Of a stretch of DNA of 42,688 nt, positions 33,001 to 42,688 are shown piece by piece. Origin of the DNA: Actinomycetes bacterium (lineage in GTDB: Bacteria > Actinomycetota > Acidimicrobiia > Acidimicrobiales > Microtrichaceae); the NCBI GenBank assembly GCA_023450775.1, contig JAEXGP010000320.1, forward strand, positions 1-42,688, read 5' to 3'. Under the pieces are notes generated by a model. It was not told the origin of the DNA. It searched no databases and worked only from the letters and a program-made list of their open reading frames with translations. A program made the translations under genes and the position numbers. Every line of letters starts with the position of its first letter. Position 1 is the stretch's first letter.

Positions 33001-34365
33001 ATGGGCGATCGAACTCGACATCTCGGCCTGTTCGCGGCCGTCGTCATGGCCGTCGGGCTGCTGGCGGCGTGCGCGCCGGAGCCGGCACCACCTGGCACCA
33101 CGACGGTGCCGGACGACCCGAACGGTCACTACGTGGCCACGACCGGCGAGGACACCGGGACCTGCTCGGCGAGCGCGGACCCGTGCCTGACGATCGGCTA
33201 CGCGACCTCGCAGGCCGATACCGGCGACACCGTCTACGTCGCCGCCGGCACCTATCCCGAGGTGGTCGTCCCCGATCGGGACATCACCTACAAGGGCGCC
33301 AACGCCGGCGTCCCTGCCGGCACCGAGCCGGGCACCCGTGGCGCCGAGTCGGTGGTCAAGGGCTTCCGCACCCCGGGCAACCCCGGCACCGCGTCGTACT
33401 CGATCACGATCGACGGCTTCCGCATCGAGCCGCAGGGTGACGCTGCGCTGATCTCGGCCACGCTGCAGCCGCTCGTGTGGCTGCGGGGCGGCACGTCGAC
33501 CGTCGTGCAGAACAACGTCTTCAACGGCGGCGACTTCGTGCCGGACTGCACCTACACCTGCACGACCATGACGGACTCGGCCTTCATCGTGCAGAGCGGT
33601 GGCGTGACGTTCACGGCCAACACCGTCGAGAACTTCCGTCGGCCGGTGCAGATCAACCAGGCGCTCGGCGCTCCTGCCACGTCGGCCGTGGTGTCGAACA
33701 ACTCCTTCACCGGCGTCACCTCGCGGGCGCTGGCCCTGGCAGGTGCGACGGGCGTGCAGATGGCCGGCCAGACGGTGACGGGCAACTCGTTCGACGCCAC
33801 GGGCCGGACCGCTCCGTCGTCGCCGGCGGGCATCACCGTGTCCAACGGCGGCAACTCGATCACCGGCAACACCTTCACGGCGCTGTCGTCGGGTGTCTAC
33901 GTGGACCTCTGCAAGAAGTTCATCACGAACGACAACCAGATCACCGGCAACGACTTCCTCGGCAACGGCGGGGGCGTCAACATCTCGGTCAACACCGACG
34001 GCGGCCAGTGCGTGTCGTCGGCGACCGAGGGGTCGGGGGGTTGGGTCGTCGGTGCCGGCCGCATCAACGGCATGGTGATCAGCGACAACAACTTCTCCGG
34101 CAACAGCAGCTACGCCATCCGCCACGCTGCGTTCAACTGGGGCTTCTTCACCGCCGCTGCGCCGCTGTCCTCAGGCATCGACGCCACGTGCAACCACTAC
34201 GGCAGCGAGGACGCTCCGGCGTACGCGGAGTACTCGTACCCGCCGGGGACGATCGCTCCGAACCCGGATGGGATCATCGGCACCGCGGCTCCCGAGGCGC
34301 CGATCGACTTCACCCCGTGGCGGACCGCACCGGCGCCGGCGGGCGCCTGCGACGGCGGGCTCTGA
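33001..34365 (+). CDS. Secreted lipoprotein with right-handed beta-helix (DUF1565/pectin-lyase-like)
   Basis: Lipobox 'GLLAAC', 'YVATTGED...PCLTIGYA...GDTVYVAAGTYPE', Asn-rich 'ITGNTF/ITGNDF/ISDNNF' repeats, 'IDATCNHYG', 'IDFTPW'. Confidence 0.8.
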   Translation: MGDRTRHLGLFAAVVMAVGLLAACAPEPAPPGTTTVPDDPNGHYVATTGEDTGTCSASADPCLTIGYATSQADTGDTVYVAAGTYPEVVVPDRDITYKGANAGVPAGTEPGTRGAESVVKGFRTPGNPGTASYSITIDGFRIEPQGDAALISATLQPLVWLRGGTSTVVQNNVFNGGDFVPDCTYTCTTMTDSAFIVQSGGVTFTANTVENFRRPVQINQALGAPATSAVVSNNSFTGVTSRALALAGATGVQMAGQTVTGNSFDATGRTAPSSPAGITVSNGGNSITGNTFTALSSGVYVDLCKKFITNDNQITGNDFLGNGGGVNISVNTDGGQCVSSATEGSGGWVVGAGRINGMVISDNNFSGNSSYAIRHAAFNWGFFTAAAPLSSGIDATCNHYGSEDAPAYAEYSYPPGTIAPNPDGIIGTAAPEAPIDFTPWRTAPAPAGACDGGL

Positions 34366-34397
34366 GCCGGCCGGTTCCGACACGTCGCGCTCCTGCG

Positions 34398-34447
34398 GCT
34401 CTGTGATGCTCCCGACCGGGAAATCCCGGTCCCGAGCATCACAGAGC
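34398..34447. repeat. 50-bp palindromic REP-like element (family A)
   Basis: GCTCTGTGATGCTCCCGACCGGG-AAAT-CCCGGTCCCGAGCATCACAGAGC; inverted copy of 27721-27770. Confidence 0.8.
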
Positions 34448-34497
34448 CCGGGGGAAGCCGAGTGAGCGGCTCGACGTCGCGGTCGTAGGCTCGCGAC

Positions 34498-34845
34498 GTG
34501 CACGAGGACGACGAGCCGTTCGGCCACGAGCCCGACGACGATCCGGACGACACGTCCGAGTTCGATCCGCTGCTGCCGCCGTTCCTGGTCCCGGTGTCCG
34601 ACGAGCTGGCGCCGCCGATCGAGCCCGTCCGCGCGACCGGGGTGCCGCAGCGCTACCGGCGGTCGATCGGCGCCAGCGTGGTGGCCGCCGGCCTGATCGG
34701 TCTTCGCGACGTCATCGAGGAGCCCAAGGACGATCGCCCCGTCGTCGAGCAGTTCGCGGACGAGGGCGACAGGGACCGCCCGATCGAGGTCGAGCTCGAC
34801 CCCGAGGACCCGTCGGCCAGCGTGGTCCGCCTCCGCGAGGTCTGA
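34498..34845 (+). CDS. Small acidic hypothetical protein
   Basis: GC3-biased ORF filling the intergenic space. TAGGCT hexamer 6 nt before the GTG. Confidence 0.65.
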   Translation: MHEDDEPFGHEPDDDPDDTSEFDPLLPPFLVPVSDELAPPIEPVRATGVPQRYRRSIGASVVAAGLIGLRDVIEEPKDDRPVVEQFADEGDRDRPIEVELDPEDPSASVVRLREV

Positions 34846-34893
34846 CGGGCGCCGGCGATCGGCCGGCGCCACGCATCGGAAGCCTTGAGCGGC

Positions 34894-36405
34894 CTAGATC
34901 GAGGCGAGGAACCCGGCGCGGTCGGGGCCGAGGTCGGGCTCGGGAGGACGGTTGTCCTTGTCCTGGTACACGGCCATCACACGACCGATGACGTCCGCGT
35001 TCGACATGAGCGAGTCGGGCGCATCGAGCAGGTTCAGCATCCGCAGGAACGCCCGCAGCACCACCGGGTCCACGCGCAGCGCCGGGAGGAGCCCGTCGCG
35101 CAGGAGCGTGCGGGCGAACTCTGCGGGGTCGGCCTCGCCGGGGGCGGTCTCATCAGCGGGGGCGTCCGCGGTGGCGGCCTGCTCGGCAGCCCGCTTCGCC
35201 CGTTCGGCCTGGTCCCGGGCCATGCGGTCCTGGTTCACCGCCGCCTTGTACCAGGGGATGACCTGGGCACGGGTGGCCTGCTCGTACGCGACCGACCGCG
35301 CCAGGTGCGACTCGTAGGTGTCGGCCCCGACCTCGTCGATCAGATCCGAGAGCACCTGGGCCTGCACCATGGCCAGGCTGCAGCCCCGCCCGTAGAGCGG
35401 GTTGGTGGCCGTGTGGGCGTCGCCGACGGCGTGGAAGCCGGCGACGACCGGGTGGCCGTCCTCGTCCAGGAACCGGCGGCGACGGTTGATGAGCCCGCCC
35501 ATGACCTGGACGCCGTTGATCGGGTGCGACCGTCCCGGCTCCACGTACGGCGCGGTGGCGGTGAAGAGTCCGGCGGCGACCAGGAACGTCTCGTCGTCGA
35601 GCAGCAGCTTGCGCATCTCGGCATCGTGCGTGCCGACGGCGAAGGTGATCGAGAACGTGCGGTTGTCGCCGGGGAACACGCCGTACTTCACATAGCCGAG
35701 GTCACCGCCGATCGGGCCGGTGAGCGGGGGCATCTCGGCGCCGTCCTCCAGCTCGAAGAATCGGGAGAGGTAGATGATGCCGGTGTCCTCGGAGACCTCG
35801 TCGACGACGATGCCGTGCGGCTCGAGCAGCGCCGGCACGTCGCTCCGGCGACCACCGGCGGCCACGACGACATCGGCGTCGAGCGCCGTGCCGTCGTCGA
35901 GCTCCACACCGACGACCTGAGGTGCGGCCGGGGTGGAGCCGTCGGCATCTTCGTCCTGTCCGGGTGTCGTGCACAGTGCGGTGACCGCCACGCCGTGCAG
36001 GAGCTCCACGTCGCCCTCGGCCAGCGCGAGTCGTCGGAGCACCCATTCGAACGTCGTGCGGCGCACGGCCAGGCCGACCAGGTCCTCGTCGCCGGGTTCC
36101 GGTTCGAGCTCCATCCCGTCGGGCGGCATGTCGAGGAACCGCATCTCGGTCGCCCCGGCGTCGATGAGCTGCTCGAGCACGTCGGGGTGGCGGTCGCGGA
36201 GCAGGTTCCGCAGGCGGGCCAGGAACGCGTGCGAGTGCCGGACCTGCGGCGCGCCGTGGCGGTCCCAGTCGAAGGCGCCGTGGGGATCGGCCGGCAGCGG
36301 GGTGTCGTCGCGCTCGACGATCGTGACGTGGTGGCCGGCCCGCGCCGCGCACAGGGCCGTACCGAGCCCTCCCACCCCGGCGCCGATGACCACGATCCGT
36401 GCCAC
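34894..36405 (-). CDS. FAD-dependent oxidoreductase
   Basis: 'IVVIGAGVGGL', 'VTIVERD', 'PQVRHSHAFLAR', 'ADVVVAAGGRRS', 'VGDAHTATNPLYGRGCSLA'. GGAGGG RBS. Confidence 0.88.
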   Translation of the reverse strand: MARIVVIGAGVGGLGTALCAARAGHHVTIVERDDTPLPADPHGAFDWDRHGAPQVRHSHAFLARLRNLLRDRHPDVLEQLIDAGATEMRFLDMPPDGMELEPEPGDEDLVGLAVRRTTFEWVLRRLALAEGDVELLHGVAVTALCTTPGQDEDADGSTPAAPQVVGVELDDGTALDADVVVAAGGRRSDVPALLEPHGIVVDEVSEDTGIIYLSRFFELEDGAEMPPLTGPIGGDLGYVKYGVFPGDNRTFSITFAVGTHDAEMRKLLLDDETFLVAAGLFTATAPYVEPGRSHPINGVQVMGGLINRRRRFLDEDGHPVVAGFHAVGDAHTATNPLYGRGCSLAMVQAQVLSDLIDEVGADTYESHLARSVAYEQATRAQVIPWYKAAVNQDRMARDQAERAKRAAEQAATADAPADETAPGEADPAEFARTLLRDGLLPALRVDPVVLRAFLRMLNLLDAPDSLMSNADVIGRVMAVYQDKDNRPPEPDLGPDRAGFLASI

Positions 36406-36434
36406 GGTTCCCTCCACTGCCCCTCGGGGGCGGT

Positions 36435-36452
36435 CTTGACCGGGCGGTCAAG
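36435..36452. promoter_or_regulatory. Palindromic operator-like site with perfect 8-bp arms
   Basis: CTTGACCG-gg-CGGTCAAG, ~30 nt upstream of the oxidoreductase start. Confidence 0.5.
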
Positions 36453-36520
36453 TCACCGGGGCACGGTATCGGGCACGTCATGGGCCCTCAAGGGTCCGTC
36501 GGCGGCACGATCCTGCGAGG

Positions 36521-36555
36521 ATGCCTTGACAGGCATATAACTAGCAAGGCATGTT
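36521..36555 (+). promoter_or_regulatory. arsR promoter/operator (TTGACA -35 within inverted repeat)
   Basis: ATGCCTTG-N16-CAAGGCAT overlapping TTGACA (36526-36531), directly upstream of the ArsR ATG. Confidence 0.55.
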
Positions 36556-36561
36556 GGGCGC

Positions 36562-36861
36562 ATGTCCTTCGACGTGCTCGCCGAACCGCATCGCCGCCAC
36601 CTCCTGGAGCTGCTGCGCGACGGGGAGCGACCGGTGGGGGAGCTCGTCGAGGGTCTCGGTCTGAGCCAGCCGGCGGTGTCCAAGCATCTGCGGGTGCTGC
36701 GCGACGCCGGACTGGTCGAGGTCCGGCCCGACGCCCAACGGCGGCTGTACCGCCTCCGCCCTGCGCCACTGATGGAGCTCGACGAGTGGATCGGGTCCTT
36801 CCGGCAGCTCTGGGCGGACTCGCTCGACCGACTCGACGCCCACTTGGAGGAGCAACCGTGA
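36562..36861 (+). CDS. ArsR/SmtB-family transcriptional regulator
   Basis: 'FDVLAEPHRRHLLELL...VGEL...SQPAVSKHLRVLRDAGLV...AQRRLYRL'. Confidence 0.92.
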   Translation: MSFDVLAEPHRRHLLELLRDGERPVGELVEGLGLSQPAVSKHLRVLRDAGLVEVRPDAQRRLYRLRPAPLMELDEWIGSFRQLWADSLDRLDAHLEEQP

Positions 36862-37790
36862 GCCCCGAACCCAGCGATGCACCCACCACGGCTACGACGC
36901 CGTCCGGCCCTCCCCGGGAGGGCCGCCTCGTCACGATCGACGGGCGCACGGCGCTGCGCTTCGAGCGGCGCTTCAGCCACCCGATCGACCGCGTGTGGCG
37001 CGCCATCACTGCACCCGAGGAGATGCGCCGGTGGTTCCCGTCCGAGGTGATCGGCGAGCGCAGCCCGGGCGCGCCGCTGCGCTTCGACGACGAGTCCCAT
37101 CGTCAGGAGGCGATCGAGGCGGGGGAGCCGACGAGGGCCGAGGGGCCCGAGTTCACCGGTCGCGTGATCGCCTTCGATCCTCCGAACGTCTTCTCCTTCA
37201 CGTGGGGTGCGGAGCTGCTGCGCTACGAGCTGACCCCCGACGGCGAGGGCACGCGCCTGGTGTTCACCCAGGTGCTGAGCCATCCGTCGGTGGCGGCCCG
37301 CAACGGCGCCGGCTGGCACGTGTGCCTGGCCGAGCTGGACTCGTTGCTCGACGGCGCGAGCTCCGGCGATGAGGGCGCCGGCGCGGGCGAGGGTGCCGGC
37401 GAGGGGACCGAGGACGGCGGCTTCGAGATCTACGACGACTACATCGCGGCGGTCGGTCCGGCCGCCGGTGTCGCCCACGCCGACGGGTCCATGACCTGGG
37501 AGCGGGGCACGCACGTCGATCCGGAACGGGTACGGCAGGTGGTCACCGACGACCTGACCGGCTGGGGCGCGGCGGACCGGGCCGGTGAGCCGCTGCGCTG
37601 GGAGGTGTCGGGTGGCGACGGGTCGACGGTCATCCGCCTGACGCACGGGGCGATCGGTGATGACGTCGAGCTGGCCGCCGCCTGGCACGCCCTGCTGCTG
37701 CAGCTCGACATGTACCTGGCCGCCGGGCAGCTGATGCCGGCGGATCCGGCCGCCTTCGTCCCGATGTACCGGGAGGTCCTCGGGCCCTGA
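36858..37790 (+). CDS. SRPBCC (AHSA1/START-like) domain protein with second degenerate domain
   Basis: GTG overlaps the arsR stop, GGAGG RBS. 'LRFERRFSHPIDRVWRAIT..EEMRRWFP', 'FDPPNVFSFTWG', 'GAGWHVCL'. Confidence 0.88.
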   Translation: MSPEPSDAPTTATTPSGPPREGRLVTIDGRTALRFERRFSHPIDRVWRAITAPEEMRRWFPSEVIGERSPGAPLRFDDESHRQEAIEAGEPTRAEGPEFTGRVIAFDPPNVFSFTWGAELLRYELTPDGEGTRLVFTQVLSHPSVAARNGAGWHVCLAELDSLLDGASSGDEGAGAGEGAGEGTEDGGFEIYDDYIAAVGPAAGVAHADGSMTWERGTHVDPERVRQVVTDDLTGWGAADRAGEPLRWEVSGGDGSTVIRLTHGAIGDDVELAAAWHALLLQLDMYLAAGQLMPADPAAFVPMYREVLGP

Positions 37791-37845
37791 GCCCCGCTGG
37801 TCCGGAGAGAGCGGCTGAGCTCGCTGTCGGCCGGTCGGAGGGCTG

Positions 37846-39595
<1,750 letters not shown>

Positions 39596-39628
39596 TCGGG
39601 ACAGACGTCTGATCAGCACCTGATCTGC

Positions 39629-39660
39629 ACGAAGGGCGGTCCTGCGGGGCCGCCCTTCGT
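39629..39660 (+). terminator. Intrinsic terminator-like hairpin after groEL
   Basis: ACGAAGGGCGG-tcctgcgggg-CCGCCCTTCGT, 33 nt after the stop. Confidence 0.75.
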
Positions 39661-39680
39661 CGCGTCCGCCGGTCGCTCCC

Positions 39681-39795
39681 CTTCTCGGTGCTCGCATCGT
39701 CGCTCTACGACGACCAGCGCACCGAGAAGGACGGCGACCGTCGAACTTGGGCATGAGCGGCCACTGGCTGGTCCGTGGTGCCCAAGGTTGGCCGA
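39681..39795. repeat. Bipartite palindromic repeat unit, copy 1
   Basis: Hairpin CTTCTCGGTG...CACCGAGAAG (39681-39729) plus hairpin CGAACTTGGGCA...TGCCCAAGGTTG (39742-39790). Repeated at 41293-41408. Confidence 0.8.
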
Positions 39796-39804
39796 CCGGT
39801 CCGT

Positions 39805-41196
39805 TCAGCCGGGGCAGCCCTCGAACAGGTCGTCGGAGACCATGCCCTCGTCCTCATTGCCGTAGCGCAGCTCGGCGATCCGGTCGTAGGCGGCGACGAG
39901 GTCGGCGTCCGACATCGACGGCACGACGGCCGGATCGAGGTCGATGCGATCAGCTCCGGCGATCACCGATGAGACGATGCTGCTTCGCGACATCTGGCCC
40001 TGCCACTCCGTCTCGAGCATGGGACCGTCGAGCGCGAGTGACCGCTCGTACAGCGCGACGAGCTGGTCCTGGGGCAGGGCCGGGACCGACACCGGGTCGA
40101 TACCGAGCCGGTCGGCGTCATCGATCACCCACTCCTCGAGGTCGTCCCGGGTCCACTGGCCGCCGCTCGTCCCGATCGTCGGCTCACCGTCCGACTCGAC
40201 GTCGAACCCCTCGTCGTAGGACATGGCGTCGTCCTCGAGCTCACCGAAAGCGATGACCGTCGCCGGGTCCGGTGCGACGATCGAGATCGGCGCACCGAGG
40301 TCGGTGAACTCGTACGTCATCGTGCCGGTGCTGGCGCTCTCGACGTCGAGGAACATGCAGTCCTCGTACGCCTCGTCCACGGTGTTGGTGAACCGGATCT
40401 CGACCCGTCCGACCTCGTCGCCCGCTGCGAGCACCGTCAGCTCGAGCGTCGTGTGGTCGTGCAGGTAGTCGACGAGCTCCGCCACTCGGCTCTTGACGTC
40501 CTCGGGGAGCGAGCCCTCGCCGAACATGAACATGGTCGACAGCATCCCCGTCATCGGATCGACGCCATACAGCTCGAAGAGCTGATCGCCGCCCAGGCTG
40601 ATTCGGTAGCGGTCGAACGAGCGGTCGCCGATCTTCGCCGATCCATCGGTCCGCACGTCCCGTGCGCGCGAGAGCATCCGGTCCAGCCGCGACAGGATCT
40701 GTGGAGCCGTTGCGTCGCTGCCGGCCATCGAGTCCATGGTCATCATCGCGGCGGCGACCTCGGGATCGACGTCGTCGGGGAGGTCCATCTCGGCGATCCC
40801 CTCCGGAGTCGGCGTCATCCTGATCCACGACTTGCCCGCGAGGCTCGAGGCGTCGACGTCCCAGTACTCCTCGGTGGCCGGGCCGATCTTCTCGTAGGCG
40901 ACACCGTCCGCGATGAGGGTGGTCGTGGGGTCCTCGTCCTCCCACGTCTCGGTCCCGATGATGTCGTCGCCCGAGAACTCGCCGGTCCGAGTCACGTCGG
41001 CCGCGTCCTCGTCATCCATCGTGAACGTGTAGCGACCGGTGCCGCTGAACGTCTCCCGGACCGCGGCCTCGAACGCCACCGGCGCCGTGTCGCCGTCGGT
41101 GCGCAGCACCTGCTCGCCGCCGTCGCCGGTGCACGACGCGCCGAGCAGTCCCAGCCCGACCACGCACACGGCAGCGGTCGCCCGCGCTCTTCCCAT
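39805..41196 (-). CDS. Acidic lipoprotein (LppX/LprAFG-like fold suspected)
   Basis: Signal/lipobox 'VVGLGLLGASC', 'IADGVAYEK', 'GKSWIR', 'YEFTDLGAPISIVAPD'; ends 'DDLFEGCPG'. Confidence 0.7.
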   Translation of the reverse strand: MGRARATAAVCVVGLGLLGASCTGDGGEQVLRTDGDTAPVAFEAAVRETFSGTGRYTFTMDDEDAADVTRTGEFSGDDIIGTETWEDEDPTTTLIADGVAYEKIGPATEEYWDVDASSLAGKSWIRMTPTPEGIAEMDLPDDVDPEVAAAMMTMDSMAGSDATAPQILSRLDRMLSRARDVRTDGSAKIGDRSFDRYRISLGGDQLFELYGVDPMTGMLSTMFMFGEGSLPEDVKSRVAELVDYLHDHTTLELTVLAAGDEVGRVEIRFTNTVDEAYEDCMFLDVESASTGTMTYEFTDLGAPISIVAPDPATVIAFGELEDDAMSYDEGFDVESDGEPTIGTSGGQWTRDDLEEWVIDDADRLGIDPVSVPALPQDQLVALYERSLALDGPMLETEWQGQMSRSSIVSSVIAGADRIDLDPAVVPSMSDADLVAAYDRIAELRYGNEDEGMVSDDLFEGCPG

Positions 41197-41292
41197 GACG
41201 TCCACCCTTCCGACGGAGCCCGCGCTCCTGCGGTCGAGCGTACCGACAGGTCGCCCACCCGTGACCTGGGCATTCCTCCTCGCCTGACGCCG

Positions 41293-41408
41293 GTTCCGTG
41301 TGTGGTGATCGTCGCTCCACGACGACCAGCGCACCGAGAACCGAGGGTTCCAGCCGAACTTGGGCATGAGCGACCACTGGTTGGTCCGTGGTGCCCAAGG
41401 TCGGCCGA
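41293..41408. repeat. Bipartite palindromic repeat unit, copy 2
   Basis: ATCGTCGCTCCACGACGACCAGCGCACCGAGAA (41308-41340) matches 39696-39728 with 1 mismatch. 41355-41408 matches 39742-39795 with 3 mismatches. Confidence 0.8.
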
Positions 41409-41470
41409 TGGCTCATCGCAGGAGCCGCGCGGCTCGGTACCCTCGTCGAAGGGTCGAGAGGAGCGGGACC

Positions 41471-42670
41471 GTGACTCGTATCGGAAGGTTCGTGTCGGGC
41501 GCGCTGGCGCTGGTCGTGGTCGGTGCCGGACTCGTCGGGTGCACCGGTGACGACGGCGAGGTGGTCGTCACCGATGACAGCAGCCCGGAGGACGTGCTCG
41601 CGACCGCCGCGGCGACGACCTTCGAGGGCACCGGCCGATTCCGCGGCGAGTTGCGGCTGAAGTCGTTCGGTGTCATCCACCAGGAGGGCGAGTTCTCCGG
41701 CGACGACGTCGCCGTTCGGGTGAAGATCGAGCCGTCGCCTGAGTCGCTGGCGCAGCACCCCACCGATCCGGATCTGCTGAGCACCGAGCGACGCACGGTC
41801 GACGGACGGTCGTACGGCCGCTCCGCCTCCATGGACCGATGGCAGCAAGCGCCCGATTCGTCCGGATCGTCGGAGTACCGGCCGGACCAGATCGCCGCTG
41901 TCCTCCGGCAGTTGGACGGCATTGAGGAGACCGGCGCTGACGAGGTCGACGGGGACCCTGTCACGACGTACGCCGGTCGGGTGGACCCCGCAGAGCTCGA
42001 CACGGCCTTCGGCGGAAGCTCCAGCGGCGCCGACGAGATCCCGGAGGATCAGATCCCTCCGGAGTTGCTGCGGATGCGTCGCCTCAGCCAGCTCGCCCTC
42101 GCAGCCCTCGACGCAGACGTGACGGTCGCTATCGATGACGACGGCCGACTCCGGCACCTCGTCGTGGACGTCGTCGGCGACCTCCCCGCCGAGCTCGCCG
42201 ACTGCGCGTTCTTCCAACAGCCGGGAGGCGATCCACGGATCCGGGTCGAGCTGACCTACTTCGATCTGGGAGCGGACGTCACCATCGAGGCACCCGACCC
42301 GGCGTTGGTCGACGACGGGTTCATCGGCATTGTGGGTGAGCCCGAAGATGCCTCGGCGCTTGACCCGGAGGACGACATGACGATGCTCGAGACGAGCGAC
42401 GGTCCGATACCGAGGATGGCGCTGGTGTTCGCGCTCACCGACGCCGCCCTGCTCGGCGACATCGCCCTCGATCCGTCGACGGTCGACGGCCTGCCCGACG
42501 ACGTGCTCGTCTCCCGCTTCGAGGAGCTCAAGGCGATCCGTGGGGGCGATGTGTGGGGCGGCACGACGCTGGGACCGTCGGAGGACGACACGACCACGAC
42601 GATGCTGGGTGGAGCGGACGAGTCGGAGAACGAGTCGTTCGACGACGTCTTCGAGGGCTGCCCGGCCTGA
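41471..42670 (+). CDS. Acidic lipoprotein, paralogue of 39805-41196
   Basis: GAGAGGAG RBS, lipobox 'AGLVGC', 'TVDGRSY', 'EVDGDPVTTY', 'IDDDGRLR', 'YFDLGADVTIEAPD'; ends 'DDVFEGCPA'. Confidence 0.72.
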   Translation: MTRIGRFVSGALALVVVGAGLVGCTGDDGEVVVTDDSSPEDVLATAAATTFEGTGRFRGELRLKSFGVIHQEGEFSGDDVAVRVKIEPSPESLAQHPTDPDLLSTERRTVDGRSYGRSASMDRWQQAPDSSGSSEYRPDQIAAVLRQLDGIEETGADEVDGDPVTTYAGRVDPAELDTAFGGSSSGADEIPEDQIPPELLRMRRLSQLALAALDADVTVAIDDDGRLRHLVVDVVGDLPAELADCAFFQQPGGDPRIRVELTYFDLGADVTIEAPDPALVDDGFIGIVGEPEDASALDPEDDMTMLETSDGPIPRMALVFALTDAALLGDIALDPSTVDGLPDDVLVSRFEELKAIRGGDVWGGTTLGPSEDDTTTTMLGGADESENESFDDVFEGCPA

Positions 42671-42688
42671 ACCTCGATTCCGTGTGCG

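Overview
High-GC actinobacterial DNA; gene content suggests Acidimicrobiia (inference, no search run). The left end has a 5'-truncated KdpD-type kinase with KdpE, a DUF4062-STAND ATPase-TPR (NLR-like) gene, a MacB/FtsX-type ABC pair and an F420-dependent LLM oxidoreductase. The best novelty candidate is a ~9.2 kb block (7485-16701) with three parts: a TIR domain fused to a long beta-helix; a minus-strand operon of a catalytically degenerate LonA-like protein, a soluble VirD4/TraG-like ATPase and a multi-TM protein; and, divergently, a 2-TM channel-like protein with RCK/TrkA-like domains followed by a stand-alone tandem RyR-domain protein. No integrase, relaxase or T4SS gene accompanies it. Next come sugar and compatible-solute genes (GH36 alpha-galactosidase, LpqY-SugABC-like importer, DUF4032 kinase-like gene, otsA/otsB, glycerate kinase, gpgS-folP), an orphan MoaD/ThiS carrier, a beta-helix lipoprotein, an FAD oxidoreductase, ArsR-SRPBCC, groEL behind two CIRCE boxes, and two divergent paralogous lipoproteins. 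Several families of ~40-50 bp palindromic REP-like elements are dispersed; one lies inside a reading frame. No rRNA, tRNA, CRISPR array or transposase was seen. All family calls come from motif recognition by eye.
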